A DNA stretch of 64,000 bases, taken from positions 116,461-180,460 of IMG/VR virus record IMGVR_UViG_3300032294_002877; one strand, 5' to 3'. Below, piece by piece: positions 28,101-38,085 of the stretch. This DNA comes from a virus. The notes beneath the pieces are model-generated. The model was not told the origin of the DNA. It did no database searches and was given only the letters and a program-made list of their open reading frames with translations. Positions within the stretch are counted from its first letter, which is position 1. Every line of letters starts with the position of its first letter. Position numbers and translations under genes: made by a program.

Positions 28101-29142
28101 ATGTAGCAAGTATATAGCATAATTTTTTAAGTTTTTCTAGTTTGTATACAGATCCTAATCCATCGAAGGTTTTTATACGATTAATCGTTAGGCTATTATA
28201 TATAGCCCTATATACATGGTATAGACTTGGAGATAAATATGATCTGCTTGGTAGTTTTGTTGTAGAGAATACCTGTCTATCATACTTGTCTTTCCCTCCT
28301 ATAAAATAGGAATAAAATTCTCCATTACTAATCCATAAATCATAATCTTTAATATTATCATGAACATAATTAGTATTATCTTCGATATAAAACTTCAAAC
28401 CGTTAGTAGAGTCCATAATAGATAAAGGCACGAGTTCCAATTCTTCGTTGGTATTAAATACAAAAGAACCATTATCCAGAATACTCGGATCGGCAATAAA
28501 TTTAGAAGAATCTTTATCTAATCTCTTGATTGTATTATTATCTATCTTGATGACAGTATCTGTTGTTGCTATTGTGTATGAAATATTATTTCTTTTATAT
28601 GTTAGATTAATATTGGGCTTGATACGAGTACCAGGAATAATCTGATCAAAATTATACAATGTAGAAGATTTATGTATAGCATTTTTCTTGTACCAAAATA
28701 AAACACCATACTCTACATCATATGCAGATAAATTTGTGTTTATGATCCAGTCTACACACAAATCCATAGATCCGGACTCAATATCCCAATTATTAAATTT
28801 AACCGCAGGAAATTTGAATAACTCCTCTACACCATAGACTTTTGCTCCAATAACACTATTTAAATATGTTTCTTTATTGTAAATATAATCATTATGAGAT
28901 ATTATTGCTGGCAACCAAACATCATCTAATTCCGAAATAGATATACCGTCAGGAGTATTAGAATCCATAATAGTTTTTAATATATTTGTGCTGGTGGTTG
29001 CTATGGATTCTCCATCGTTGGTGTTGTTATATCGTATCTTAAAGGAAGTAGCGTCTTCTACTAGGGTATGAGGTTTGAGATCATAACATAAAATTTTGTC
29101 ATGAACTATACAATTTTTTTTATAGTTTTTAGGATATCCCAT
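22186..29142 (-). CDS. giant putative virion/tail protein (2318 aa)
   Basis: Long ORF with a TAATG-coupled start; PKD-like YSWSLVDGP segment, possible P-domain-like segment, fibre motif LKENDLVYVANQTTVSQNGVYYARSGSW. Confidence 0.7.
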   Translation of the reverse strand: MGYPKNYKKNCIVHDKILCYDLKPHTLVEDATSFKIRYNNTNDGESIATTSTNILKTIMDSNTPDGISISELDDVWLPAIISHNDYIYNKETYLNSVIGAKVYGVEELFKFPAVKFNNWDIESGSMDLCVDWIINTNLSAYDVEYGVLFWYKKNAIHKSSTLYNFDQIIPGTRIKPNINLTYKRNNISYTIATTDTVIKIDNNTIKRLDKDSSKFIADPSILDNGSFVFNTNEELELVPLSIMDSTNGLKFYIEDNTNYVHDNIKDYDLWISNGEFYSYFIGGKDKYDRQVFSTTKLPSRSYLSPSLYHVYRAIYNSLTINRIKTFDGLGSVYKLEKLKKLCYILATSPLIDRVNINYLQDDFLQNLIYNEYVNTVADTNTNTEIRKLITIVAKILQYYKQQSYFLQKQTLATNYITNKKQLYQQLLNKYGGYIKINTNTKIKYNKLINCDGPHALIDCKIKTFISKTLTPDDVIYNDMRIDFGDIYTESQMDPTLSASGCLCKIGDVNDPNKITTVPLANMAMPKIPEKIYTIFNKDISIKLPEDLDRGEGDQIHNGNHIQIDITANVDDSLSENVSYSWSLVDGPDCLRFSDFATNGNTDVMRRNRTSADFDPSIFVKQTGLYTIQGITSFGSTLKSIENIRVYVHDNSNQYEPGKTLPTLMSYNQDIVPNKYRAMVPNFRKIAFNKNGMVWFIDSDMYVSDNSNPIFVVDRRFVDKKISITNYQKPDTLTNDLHITFKPNNTVFKLQSIKIELMRDSDDRLSQCKSYYEPRLARQRDTFGAGIITGAARFYRINREFDSFDVRAYKKVGENWERDTRVSFSLPKVSTVYAPNIYTYGGYSKNIVEKIGVEIPYHPIKTNNTIQSYDKIPLNTPWGVDPTDKTQPVIDQELASGYLASAAAPLAVMSGHNNYGGIEPFYRCHLVDIPVTGYTTFDKGFFHPNSGWYYYTPTGYNPLGYNGTYSNVSAISSPNISSIQKFDVEKYKSYNFIGPGFYNLRSINNSDNNVPMEYRSAVRVDSYADASSPEWYDQDRNYGIRNFNGLDYKNQEMVDDFILIKYEEAPVEFDCNYTPTYQYVLMKDSMNALKLKDIEIKINLMNIPNPKNIVMALEVYNPTLDSIVSSNNNIYKDKIFIPFDKDTDRTSPPISWLSTLRSNGSSLSDVTVLDFLDKLKNTNTTNKPNTSILYLYNQENLDNYGYHFSLTFSDNMTFNNTFSDENKTSVSGVSVHSQAIANDSVVQPTLSPTGYSEKQTILHKQIIKNNRINLIDTALAKFKNLPLRNTVFTLKLYVLGPEEKIQSLDNTVHNSELSGLNVYESRISSNTILSSICNWSVIAHTASTIKYTTQDYLGTIDYESEQVSRTGYNYIADFTNKEYLLPKINLNAPYNYISTNTCRYPGNIELSKPLTYRQILFPFVGWFFTPFYSLVGALAEISILQASFAIGGRGDPIISMLYDIRFQRQQQEQERFYFKPVYDGTYPGSSSKALIQISKDRFNWYRLEVPIYKYNNTAILAKNRYKYIRLHKDMITPLSNFSFTRVANIYEIVNKNVIVLDTTMNVPLTGLTVPLSTTSSVTLKENDLVYVANQTTVSQNGVYYARSGSWIRYPDPGIRQTLQYDRLWGNNTITNSNIEAKKIITIPGSRLYNLYDIDDTIAVMKQPGATGTNDLFTNTIAQKALIYFNDQHNTVLTLNSPLPDGVDSGYIGKTLENSNSIVIYKDNVTKNDKLTVGKWGLTKSNAKQNHINKSILDVHSVATAEGSIGYGSQYLEPPMYSFIDSSHPNKIFDTDEILNNHENNKNKFNSIMVQQSGTTTFLKIDFSDQDVKKDLLVAYPYRLNSAAYLLDALNNYSLIFSSGLSLDSTSLKFTSGVPITGIDLDRLKRNIQNNLLINNEEYSFIDLKSDKFKTQLSPATTGEIIIENDYNINIPTIRLLPDQTGVLNTRLTNLNSQSDTPLDASNINFDTISSITDLELFYSNLPADPSGCFRKGYYPTDEFNVKCSGYRAKKKLSELYAERNEILSVFEENNKTPSGVLPYYDINIAQNPVSQAININYIPKQYYFISIDPEQECSLSYDVNVKILKTVTYECLPVVEFYQFPECDAVCKDKVTSPNPAADEILTGNGLSYTNNRVAEEKAKYPGVDWGETENLITMDREFFLSCDNNIRDTLVKVRETYIVPRSPANIRGKVKNIFNLNDSSQVFIKFRNIPRKLKTTDNLYSRYVYDYYGRLGPDIIPPKGGPMYNNYLGWRCVKVNTGNPNDPYPDKTDGQIIPTPTFYQWMNEMIFRGFFGSTDGVENKNDIMDSKEIWEWIPYEYF

Positions 29143-32100
29143 TATATTTCCTTAGTAGCTGTTAATGTCCATTTCCCATTCATAAATGTAAATAATCCTT
29201 TATTTCCGGATATAACATTAAAATCAAAAGGATTATCAAAGTTCACAAGCATCGTAGGAACAGTTTCTCCTTTCTTCCTGCCTGGAATATATGACAATTC
29301 AATTGTTGCATTATTTCCCATTCCTAAAATTCCTGGAGTAACAAAAGTTTGTTTACTGACAGGTTCGTAGTATCCTGTATCTTTATCATACCGACAAAGC
29401 AGTTTAGCACCTCGTGGAGCAGTATATCCTCCGCGGTCTTTTATAAATATTAGCCTGCGTAAACCGTTAGCTAATGGTTCCGTTGAATACTGAACATCGT
29501 CTAAGAATGCTCTTGCTGGATAAGTCTCGTCATTATCTGCGTCTTTAACCAAATCTTCTTCTAAAGTAGCATAAACCATTTTATATATGGAAGAAACGCT
29601 GTCAGCTTTTGTCGCCCAAACCTTTCTGCCTTCGTCCCATCTAAAGTCTATTGGTCCAACCGGCCAAAGGTCTGGTCTTTCCGCCCAGTTTAGATAAAAT
29701 TGTTTGAGTTTTTTCTTTGCTGTCCACTTACCGTTTTCATATTTTTGTGTTTTGCTGATAATTGATCCTTGGTAGCTTGTGGTTCTATCTCCTGGTTGTA
29801 TTGTTACAGAATCGTCGGGTGGAAATCCGCCAGGATCACTTAGATCATCTTCGTAAGCAACTTGACTAACACTACTAGTATTTGTTATACGAGTTCCTTC
29901 TATGGTCAAAAAATCACTATCGCTTAAAACTCTATCTTTTACGTACTCATTAACAGAATTGCTAAGTTTATATACATCTCCGATCTTTAAATCTTTAAAT
30001 GTGACCGGTTTTGGAAATCCATCCTTAGCTTTAACTTTGAATCTTTTGGGTCTACCATACTGGTCTATTTCGTATGGTTCATCGGCAGCATTTGGAACAG
30101 GATAACCCTCCAGATCGTATCCCCATCCATGTAGTACTAATGGTCCTCGTAATCCCATAAACCTTTGATTATTTTGATATGATCTTATTTCTCCATTATT
30201 CCTATCTTTAATCTTGTTTGATAGCCTCATATCCTTATCATAATAATCAGCATTAATAGTTATAGTCCCGTCTGTTTCATATTTTGTTAATGAATTGCTC
30301 AATGTTAGGTTTTTGGGGTTCACTGCTCCTCTGCCGACTATTTCTATACTGTGTCTGCATCTATCATAAAACGTTCTAGGTTTAGATGAGCTATATACAT
30401 TTATAGATAAATCTCCATGTACTCCGGAGCCTTCCGGATGAACGCCCTCATAATGCTGTACATTAGGATTTCTGAATTCCCCATAAGGAACCACTATGGG
30501 TTGCAAACTAACCATATTTATAGCAATAGAAACTCCTGCTTGACTAGAAGTTGTTGAAGCTGCTGTAGAAGCTGTAGAAGCCGTAGAGGTAACAGCTGTA
30601 GCATTGTATTCTAATAATGCCGATAGATCTGTACCGCTAGTTATAATATATGGTGGTAGTGTCTCTAATGATTGAGATGAAGCACTGCTAGTTATACTAG
30701 ATTTTAGTTTAATATTGAGTTTTTCTTCAGGATTTATACATTTATCGCAGTGTAAATTGTATACTCCGCTAGTTCCGTATCCGCTATTTAAATATCTCAG
30801 ATAAGATACTTGTATTTTCTTGGTTCCACTACAAAATGGACATAAGCTTCTATCATAGTATCCAAAATTGTATGTGCTGTGTTTTAAAGTAGGATAAAAA
30901 GAAACAGGAGAAAAGATACCATCTAAGCTCATCATGGATTGTAGTCCATAATCACTCGCTATCTGCGCTCTAACCTCTTTCTCTTCGTATAAACCAACGT
31001 CGGTTCGTTGTCTGATCTCGTTGCTCAAAGCAGGGATTGTGATGGCCGGGTCTGATATGTAAGATGTAGCATCTCTCCATCTTTGAGCATTATCACCAGG
31101 ATCATTTCCATAGTTTATGGAAAAACTAGGGTTGTCATCCCTAAACCTACCTGCGCCACCAGAAGAAAATATTATGCCAGTAATAGGATTTGGATCTCGG
31201 GTTAATCTAGATAAATATGGATAAGATTGCCCTATTAGTACTCTAACCGGACTCCAGCCGTATAGTTTACTTCTATAGTCTTTGGTATCGGGAGCATTGG
31301 ATAATCTTTGTTGTTGTAGAGCTCTTGTTTGATTATAAATATTATTTGCTGTTTGTTGTGACATTTTAGATAATTGCTTATTACGTTTCAAATTATCTAA
31401 ATGCATTTTTTTAACTCTATCACTATTTTCTTTATTGAAAAATCCTAATTTCCTTGTGTAAGTTCTGAAGCTATAAGTAGTTGTTATTCCTTGTTGACCG
31501 ACGGTGGTCTGTATATTGGTTATAATTGGACCTCCAGTAACATTGCCATCGGACTTTACAACTAAAACCTGATATTCTATATCCTCCGTCTTATCTGTTG
31601 GTATAAGAGGAGTAAATAATGTCGGCATACCATTAGGAAGACTTAGTATAGGATTGGTGGTATTGTATTTAACATCAGTATACAAATAACCCGTACTAAC
31701 CACTCCGGAAGGTATAGAAGCATAGTAACTGCTTCCATACAGGAATCTTCCTCCTAAATTGAACAGTGGTAGGCCGGGCATATCTATCTGTGCAGTCTCT
31801 ATAATATTCTGATAATTTGTACGACTTCTAGCATCGTTCATAGCTACATAATCCAAAAACGCCATACCTCCATAATTCCATGGCGTATAATCGTCAATAA
31901 AGTCTACATCGGTAGATAATATCCAATTATCAACGGCTTTTTGAGCTTGATCCGGACTTATAACCACATTTGTGTACGTACACACTGGGGGTATAGCATC
32001 CGATTGTGTTATACTCAATCCTGATGGAAAAACACTACTAGGATTCACTAAATATTCTATATACGGATAATTTGTCCATGGTCCATAATTATATATATTC

Positions 32101-35100
32101 GATTTTAATGGTATACCAGCAAAAAACGGATGAGCCATTTTAGGAGCTAACTGAGCATATGCGGCTGATTTATTAGCAGGATTAGACGCATTTCCTACGA
32201 CAAATCCCGGATCTTCTGTAACAGTAAATATATGAGATAGCATTTGTCTTATCCATCTCAAATCTCTTTGTCCGTCATCTGTCATATGCAAATAGATATT
32301 CAAATCCTCCATAGCTATATTCGCTATAATAGTTCTATTAGGATCTTTAGAAAATTCATCACTACTATTATTTAGAGTAATACCAGGAGCGTCTATCAGT
32401 ATTCTTGGTTCTTTAAGATTTTCGGGATCTAAAAATACTATCTTTTCGTCTATTTGTGTAGTTACGAACAGCTTTTTCATGGGCATATCCGTACCGTTGG
32501 CTCTCAAGATTTTTCTGCCAAAAGGATCAATAGCTTTCGATCCAACCAAACTCAGCGAGAATGGAGTAAATGTTGTAGGACTTTCTATACCATATTGATT
32601 ATATATAGCAGGTAGGGATATTGGCGAAGCAGATCCAGAAACTTCGACTAATATATAGTCGGATGGAGACAATGAAGAATAGTCCAATACAGGATATGTA
32701 AAAGTTCCCTCGGCACAAGCACTATCTCTGCGATCTTTCATGATATCCCAATTTTCGAAACTCCAATAAGGATTGAGTTTTTCTGCGGTAAATTTATTAA
32801 ATTGCTGCTGACTAAGCATACATATTTCGTATCGCTTATAATCAAATGCATCAGTAGCATTATATCCTAATACTGGTTTAATTTTACCCATTTCATCAGA
32901 TATATTATACCAGTCTCTACTGCCTACTGCTATACAATTATCTATAATGTTTCCGTATTCCTCCCATGCTCCATCATTAGTTGGAGTATAGCTATAATGA
33001 AGTTCTCCACCGCCACTAAAAACAAAGGCGGTGCCCGCCTCCGTAGGTAAAGCTATATTAGCAAAAGACGAATCTCTGTAACCAGCCAGATAAGGGGCTG
33101 TAACCATATATTTTTTACCGTAGTATTTACCAATATCAGAAACAAAATTATGCAATATTTGCAAATCTTTTAGTGCTGATTCATCAATCGAGAAAGATGC
33201 ATCTGCTTTATCTGGTATTGGCTCAATAGTTTGGAGAAAAGCCCCGCTCATATTTGTTCCCAAAGTATATCCCTCCGCTAATAGCCTCCAATACCAATTA
33301 TGTTTTTCTTTGGCTCTCGCTTCAGCTACGTTAGCAGCTAGTCCTTCGTTCTGATACTTTATTTTATCTTTAGCTATATATGCTTTACGTAACATCTCAA
33401 CAATATCTGTTTTAAAGGTCTTAGCTAATGAATATACCAAAAATTCATCAAAACCAGCGTGAGCAGCTCGAATCTCTGATTCTGATATCAAAAAATATGA
33501 GACTCCTGATATATTATAAAAGCTCTCTAAATTAACTGATGTTGCTGGCAATTCCGGAATTCTGAGCAATACAACTATTTGTCCTGTCCATGTATCAAAC
33601 CATACTGGTCTTATTCGTCTAAAGTCTGTATTCCCTCCCTCTATATTCACATCTATTTCGTTTTCCAAAATATATCCGAAAAATGGACATATAACATCCT
33701 TGAATAAAGGAAAAAATCTTTGTTCGAAGACAGTACCCCATGTGGCATTGTCAGCATTTTCTGCTTTTATAACTTTTCCCTTGTCGTAATTGCCTGTAGA
33801 TTTACCAGCTATGCTAGATCCCAAATAGTCCTTATCTGCCCAATCGATATCGGCATCCTTAAAGGGATAGCTTATATTAGCCGCTAATTTTATTTGATCA
33901 TTATGTTTATATATACCAGCATATCCAGGATTAATGATACTTGACAATTCCGGATTATGCAAATCTATGGCTGATGGGGTTTTTATTTTACCGTAATGAA
34001 ACTGTTTCGTTACCCCGTTTGTTGTTATTCTGTTAAAATTAGCAGATATTCTGCCTAATTGCATATAGTCAATAAAGCTATTATCTCTTGGGCTATAAAT
34101 ATAATTGCTTTGAGTATATGCTAATCTATAACTTTTTGCTTGATATAGTCTTTGTACGGGTCCACCAACTATCATTGCTCTGGCACTAGTTTCGTTTTTT
34201 TCTTTCCCTATTGTTAATGAGCTCAAAGGATATTGATTACATTGAAATTGTTTTATTGTAGTTTCTATCTCGTTTTGTCTGGGTTGTGCTAATCTGGATA
34301 TGGTTCTAACTTTTATAACATTGTATATTTTTCCATTAGAAACCAACGGTACCAAATCTACATAATAATCGAATCCGGCTTGTTCTGCTACGGCATTGAG
34401 CAAATCTGTGATACTGATCACTGGACCACTAATTCTAAAATCGTCTGGAAGTCGAGGAATTTCATTAAGATCCAATAAAAATTGACATCTTTTCGTAGGA
34501 GTACCATCCTCATTATCAACAATTGTTGGTGGTATAACTCCAAATCTTTTAAATTGATCGCTGATAGGATTATACGTATCATTTTCTTGCATACTCTTAG
34601 CTAAAATTCTACCAAAAGGAGAAAACGCTGTTCTTTTGGCATAATCACTAAATGGTACTGCACTTGATGGTGTTTTTAATAATGGGCCAACATCTGTTGC
34701 TGATGTTAATACGCTTAAAGCATCTAATATAGCATTAGCTGATATGCCATTACTATTAGACTTAGAACCACCAAATGAATCTCTTCCAAAAGATTCTAAA
34801 AATCCATAAACATTAAAAACATTAGGTATATTTCCTTCGTATAATCGTCCATAATACTCTACTCCTAATTTACCTCTATAATTTCTTGGTCCTCCAAATA
34901 ACGAATTGTTTGGTGCAGTTAGTGGGGCGGGTGTGGAGTTGGCTAATTTACTATAAATAGCTCCAGCATATCCGCCAATTATGACATAACAAGAATTCAA
35001 TAAAGACTGCATGCTATTAATAGTAACGCTATATGTATTACCGCCAGATCCTACTTGCCTAGTCCAGGATTGAACAAGTCCTCCGAATGAAAAGTTTCTT

Positions 35101-35717
35101 ATCCTAAATAATACAGGAGTATCTATTATGTCGTATCCTTTATTCAGATTCGAGTTATCTAATTGCCATGCATTATTGTAAGTATTATCTGGATTGATCC
35201 GGTTCGGTTGTCCAAAAAACCCGGGGTCAGGATTGTACCAGTATTTTGATAAAAATGATGGGGGTAAATCTACCTGGCTATTGGGACTAAAGCTTCCACC
35301 TCCATTTGTAAAAAATTCATAATATACTTTGCCAGGAACCATACGCTTAGAAATATCCATAGTTGTAGAGCTAAAAGAATTTCCTCTTTCATCTATATAA
35401 CAATCATTTCCGGCACAGGCATGATAATGGTTGATAGGAAACCTGTCTGTATCAATCGCCGGTTTGAGCATACCATCATCTTTTGCAGATAATGGAAATT
35501 GGGCAGCGATAGTGCCGTTTACGACATTGCTGTTAGCTGGTGCTCCAATAATACAACCCCTAGCAGCGGAATCATCCACAAGAGTTACCGTTAATTGAGC
35601 TGGTTGTCCTCCCCATCCCATACTAGTATTAAATCCGTTTATACTAGCTCCCAAAAATAATGTTTGGGCAATAATATCACTACCTACTTGATTGTCAGGA
35701 CATGGTTGTGTTGGCAT
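29142..35717 (-). CDS. giant putative baseplate/tail-tip protein (2191 aa)
   Basis: Long ORF in the structural arm, beta-rich N-terminus, internal CPFC...CDKC, short beta-rich C-terminal module. Confidence 0.65.
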   Translation of the reverse strand: MPTQPCPDNQVGSDIIAQTLFLGASINGFNTSMGWGGQPAQLTVTLVDDSAARGCIIGAPANSNVVNGTIAAQFPLSAKDDGMLKPAIDTDRFPINHYHACAGNDCYIDERGNSFSSTTMDISKRMVPGKVYYEFFTNGGGSFSPNSQVDLPPSFLSKYWYNPDPGFFGQPNRINPDNTYNNAWQLDNSNLNKGYDIIDTPVLFRIRNFSFGGLVQSWTRQVGSGGNTYSVTINSMQSLLNSCYVIIGGYAGAIYSKLANSTPAPLTAPNNSLFGGPRNYRGKLGVEYYGRLYEGNIPNVFNVYGFLESFGRDSFGGSKSNSNGISANAILDALSVLTSATDVGPLLKTPSSAVPFSDYAKRTAFSPFGRILAKSMQENDTYNPISDQFKRFGVIPPTIVDNEDGTPTKRCQFLLDLNEIPRLPDDFRISGPVISITDLLNAVAEQAGFDYYVDLVPLVSNGKIYNVIKVRTISRLAQPRQNEIETTIKQFQCNQYPLSSLTIGKEKNETSARAMIVGGPVQRLYQAKSYRLAYTQSNYIYSPRDNSFIDYMQLGRISANFNRITTNGVTKQFHYGKIKTPSAIDLHNPELSSIINPGYAGIYKHNDQIKLAANISYPFKDADIDWADKDYLGSSIAGKSTGNYDKGKVIKAENADNATWGTVFEQRFFPLFKDVICPFFGYILENEIDVNIEGGNTDFRRIRPVWFDTWTGQIVVLLRIPELPATSVNLESFYNISGVSYFLISESEIRAAHAGFDEFLVYSLAKTFKTDIVEMLRKAYIAKDKIKYQNEGLAANVAEARAKEKHNWYWRLLAEGYTLGTNMSGAFLQTIEPIPDKADASFSIDESALKDLQILHNFVSDIGKYYGKKYMVTAPYLAGYRDSSFANIALPTEAGTAFVFSGGGELHYSYTPTNDGAWEEYGNIIDNCIAVGSRDWYNISDEMGKIKPVLGYNATDAFDYKRYEICMLSQQQFNKFTAEKLNPYWSFENWDIMKDRRDSACAEGTFTYPVLDYSSLSPSDYILVEVSGSASPISLPAIYNQYGIESPTTFTPFSLSLVGSKAIDPFGRKILRANGTDMPMKKLFVTTQIDEKIVFLDPENLKEPRILIDAPGITLNNSSDEFSKDPNRTIIANIAMEDLNIYLHMTDDGQRDLRWIRQMLSHIFTVTEDPGFVVGNASNPANKSAAYAQLAPKMAHPFFAGIPLKSNIYNYGPWTNYPYIEYLVNPSSVFPSGLSITQSDAIPPVCTYTNVVISPDQAQKAVDNWILSTDVDFIDDYTPWNYGGMAFLDYVAMNDARSRTNYQNIIETAQIDMPGLPLFNLGGRFLYGSSYYASIPSGVVSTGYLYTDVKYNTTNPILSLPNGMPTLFTPLIPTDKTEDIEYQVLVVKSDGNVTGGPIITNIQTTVGQQGITTTYSFRTYTRKLGFFNKENSDRVKKMHLDNLKRNKQLSKMSQQTANNIYNQTRALQQQRLSNAPDTKDYRSKLYGWSPVRVLIGQSYPYLSRLTRDPNPITGIIFSSGGAGRFRDDNPSFSINYGNDPGDNAQRWRDATSYISDPAITIPALSNEIRQRTDVGLYEEKEVRAQIASDYGLQSMMSLDGIFSPVSFYPTLKHSTYNFGYYDRSLCPFCSGTKKIQVSYLRYLNSGYGTSGVYNLHCDKCINPEEKLNIKLKSSITSSASSQSLETLPPYIITSGTDLSALLEYNATAVTSTASTASTAASTTSSQAGVSIAINMVSLQPIVVPYGEFRNPNVQHYEGVHPEGSGVHGDLSINVYSSSKPRTFYDRCRHSIEIVGRGAVNPKNLTLSNSLTKYETDGTITINADYYDKDMRLSNKIKDRNNGEIRSYQNNQRFMGLRGPLVLHGWGYDLEGYPVPNAADEPYEIDQYGRPKRFKVKAKDGFPKPVTFKDLKIGDVYKLSNSVNEYVKDRVLSDSDFLTIEGTRITNTSSVSQVAYEDDLSDPGGFPPDDSVTIQPGDRTTSYQGSIISKTQKYENGKWTAKKKLKQFYLNWAERPDLWPVGPIDFRWDEGRKVWATKADSVSSIYKMVYATLEEDLVKDADNDETYPARAFLDDVQYSTEPLANGLRRLIFIKDRGGYTAPRGAKLLCRYDKDTGYYEPVSKQTFVTPGILGMGNNATIELSYIPGRKKGETVPTMLVNFDNPFDFNVISGNKGLFTFMNGKWTLTATKEI

Positions 35718-35720
35718 ATG

Positions 35721-37751
35721 TTATGTATCCAGATAAGATCTCGCTATTGTGCATGGTTGATAGGTCCATCCTATTTGTCTAGTATATCTTCCTTCAACCG
35801 GGTTCCAAGTTTGATTATCTTGGTTAACGTACACTTGTCCGGGATTATTTGTTTGTCCTCCTGTTCGTGTATCACTACCCATATTACCAAAGATACTCAC
35901 AGTCCTATCTCCATACGGTTTTAAACCTTCTATCATGCCGGTAATCGTTTTGTATACTGTACCTCCTGTCCATAACGGACATTCCTTACTGGTCATAACG
36001 AAACCAGCCATACTACTGGGAGGCAGAACAGCCACTTCTATAGTCAAATCTCTTTTAGCGGCGGATCTTGTACCAAGAGCCTGTAAAATAGGACCTAGTC
36101 TTCTTCCTAATACGAAGGTTTCATTTATCACATCTGTTGGGCCCGTATCTGTGATAGTAAAGTTTTCGGATAATGCGCCGCTAATAAATACGAATCTGTT
36201 ACTATATTCGTAACTATATGAAATAGTACCTTTTCTAGGATCGTGACCTTCTGTTGTAGATATAGGAATAACATTTAAGAAATTTTCTTTGCAATAAATA
36301 GGATTTTTAGGATCGGGTGGCGGCTCCGTTGTGGGACTAAGATATTTTTCATTCCTGTCAGGAGCATTATTTAATACCAAGCTGGCTCTTCTATACAAAT
36401 ATGGTTTAATATCGTTTACCCAACCACTTAATGCATTTAAATATTTTGCTCCTTGAAACTGGGTCACAGCGCTTGTCTGTGTAAAATTATCTAAAATTTT
36501 AGGCACCGACGCATAAGGTTCCGATCCGCTAGATATAGTATGATCCAAACCTATTCTTGCTGGTTGTATGCCGGTTGGTATCAAACCAGAACTTCCGCTC
36601 ATAATATTTATCGGAGTAAAACTTAACCCTTTAATATTGCCTTGAACTCTGACTCTTTTAATATATCTTTCGTCTGTTGATGTTTCTAAGCTATAATCCT
36701 CAACATATCCTATTCCTGTTGGCATAGCAAGCCAAGTTTCATTAACTTCATAAGATCCTTCGGAAACACTAAAATTTATTGTTCTTAGGTGATTAAATAA
36801 ATAGACTTTGGATAAGCTTGAAAAAAATACATTATTTTCGTTCTCTACCCAAGACACAAGTCCGGAAGGAAAATTATTAGCTGATGTGGACGCTTTGAAA
36901 GATTCTGCTAATTTATATTGTACCCAGTCTCTAGCCTGTAGATAAGCGGTATAATTACCGCTAGGACTATAGCATCCGCTGCCTAGGCCTGACATTATAG
37001 GAAAACCTACTGCTGATAATCTTCTTGATATTTTATACTGAGGAATATTAATAATATCTAGAGTATTAGTACCGGCAGTAGGCGCACCATTGGTAGGAGC
37101 TCCAGGCTTAAGCATAGGATTACTGTATTCTGGTTTTCCGCTAACCTGAACACTAAATCTAGTATAAATATAATCCTCTAAAGGCTCTATATTCCATGAA
37201 TCAACAGTATTTTTAACCGGTGGAGCACCACTGATTCCGGGCTCGTTGTATTCTAATTGAACCTCATAATCAGCAGTAAAAACCCAATTATCTTCGGATT
37301 TGTTTATATTAAAACTATTTACACGAGCACCAGATATTGTTATACCGCTCTCTGGAGGACTACCATTACACTTTACCTGAAAAAGACCAGCAGTGCAAGA
37401 AAATAGTTGCTGTAAGTTTTTAACAGCTCCTAATAATACTTCCGTCCCTGTCCCTGGAGGCATTAGCTCAGGAATTTGCGCTCCTGGACTAACTGGGGCT
37501 CGTACAATTTTTCCGTTTATTGTAACATTAGTCTGAATGTTTTCTACTATTCCGGCACCGTTTCTATTATAACTCTTACTAAAATTAACGAACGGTGTAG
37601 GCCCAGCTATCTTGTGTAATCCTGTTCCATTAAATGATACTATAACAGTTGGCTCTCTTGGCGTAAGAGTCCCTGCAACATTTCCTCCACCAGCAACAGA
37701 AAACGGTAGATTTTCTCCATCTACTAGCTGTTCTGGACTAAAATATACCAT
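35721..37751 (-). CDS. putative tail/baseplate structural protein (676 aa)
   Basis: Beta-rich with related segments (FTADYEVQLEY, GSYEVNETW, GTISYSYEY, GRYTRQIGW); late-arm context. Confidence 0.55.
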   Translation of the reverse strand: MVYFSPEQLVDGENLPFSVAGGGNVAGTLTPREPTVIVSFNGTGLHKIAGPTPFVNFSKSYNRNGAGIVENIQTNVTINGKIVRAPVSPGAQIPELMPPGTGTEVLLGAVKNLQQLFSCTAGLFQVKCNGSPPESGITISGARVNSFNINKSEDNWVFTADYEVQLEYNEPGISGAPPVKNTVDSWNIEPLEDYIYTRFSVQVSGKPEYSNPMLKPGAPTNGAPTAGTNTLDIINIPQYKISRRLSAVGFPIMSGLGSGCYSPSGNYTAYLQARDWVQYKLAESFKASTSANNFPSGLVSWVENENNVFFSSLSKVYLFNHLRTINFSVSEGSYEVNETWLAMPTGIGYVEDYSLETSTDERYIKRVRVQGNIKGLSFTPINIMSGSSGLIPTGIQPARIGLDHTISSGSEPYASVPKILDNFTQTSAVTQFQGAKYLNALSGWVNDIKPYLYRRASLVLNNAPDRNEKYLSPTTEPPPDPKNPIYCKENFLNVIPISTTEGHDPRKGTISYSYEYSNRFVFISGALSENFTITDTGPTDVINETFVLGRRLGPILQALGTRSAAKRDLTIEVAVLPPSSMAGFVMTSKECPLWTGGTVYKTITGMIEGLKPYGDRTVSIFGNMGSDTRTGGQTNNPGQVYVNQDNQTWNPVEGRYTRQIGWTYQPCTIARSYLDT

Positions 37752-37806
37752 AATTCCTTAATCCTTATTATATCCTGTACTAATACTAATTATAACAAAT
37801 CTTATT

Positions 37807-38046
37807 TCATGTGAACTGATAGTAAAATGATATAGTTTTTGAAATATTTTCTGCTACAAAACTATAACTACTAGGAAAAGCTCTGACTGGAGTTTCATTG
37901 AGACTATTCAAAAAAATAGTATATTTCCGACCAACTACAAGATTAGTCGCCACAATATCCACCTTATTAGGACATCGACAGCTATTATTATCTATAGATT
38001 TGACATTACCGTCTGGAAAAACTAACTTTAAATCCGGATTTGGCAT
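37807..38046 (-). CDS. 79-aa single-module protein (member of the repeated NL..G..Y...PSS family)
   Basis: SD AAGGAG upstream; ATNLVVGRKYTI...FPSSYSF. Confidence 0.75.
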   Translation of the reverse strand: MPNPDLKLVFPDGNVKSIDNNSCRCPNKVDIVATNLVVGRKYTIFLNSLNETPVRAFPSSYSFVAENISKTISFYYQFT

Positions 38047-38085
38047 AATTTTCTCCTTACCATAACTAATACACCAATTTCAGAA

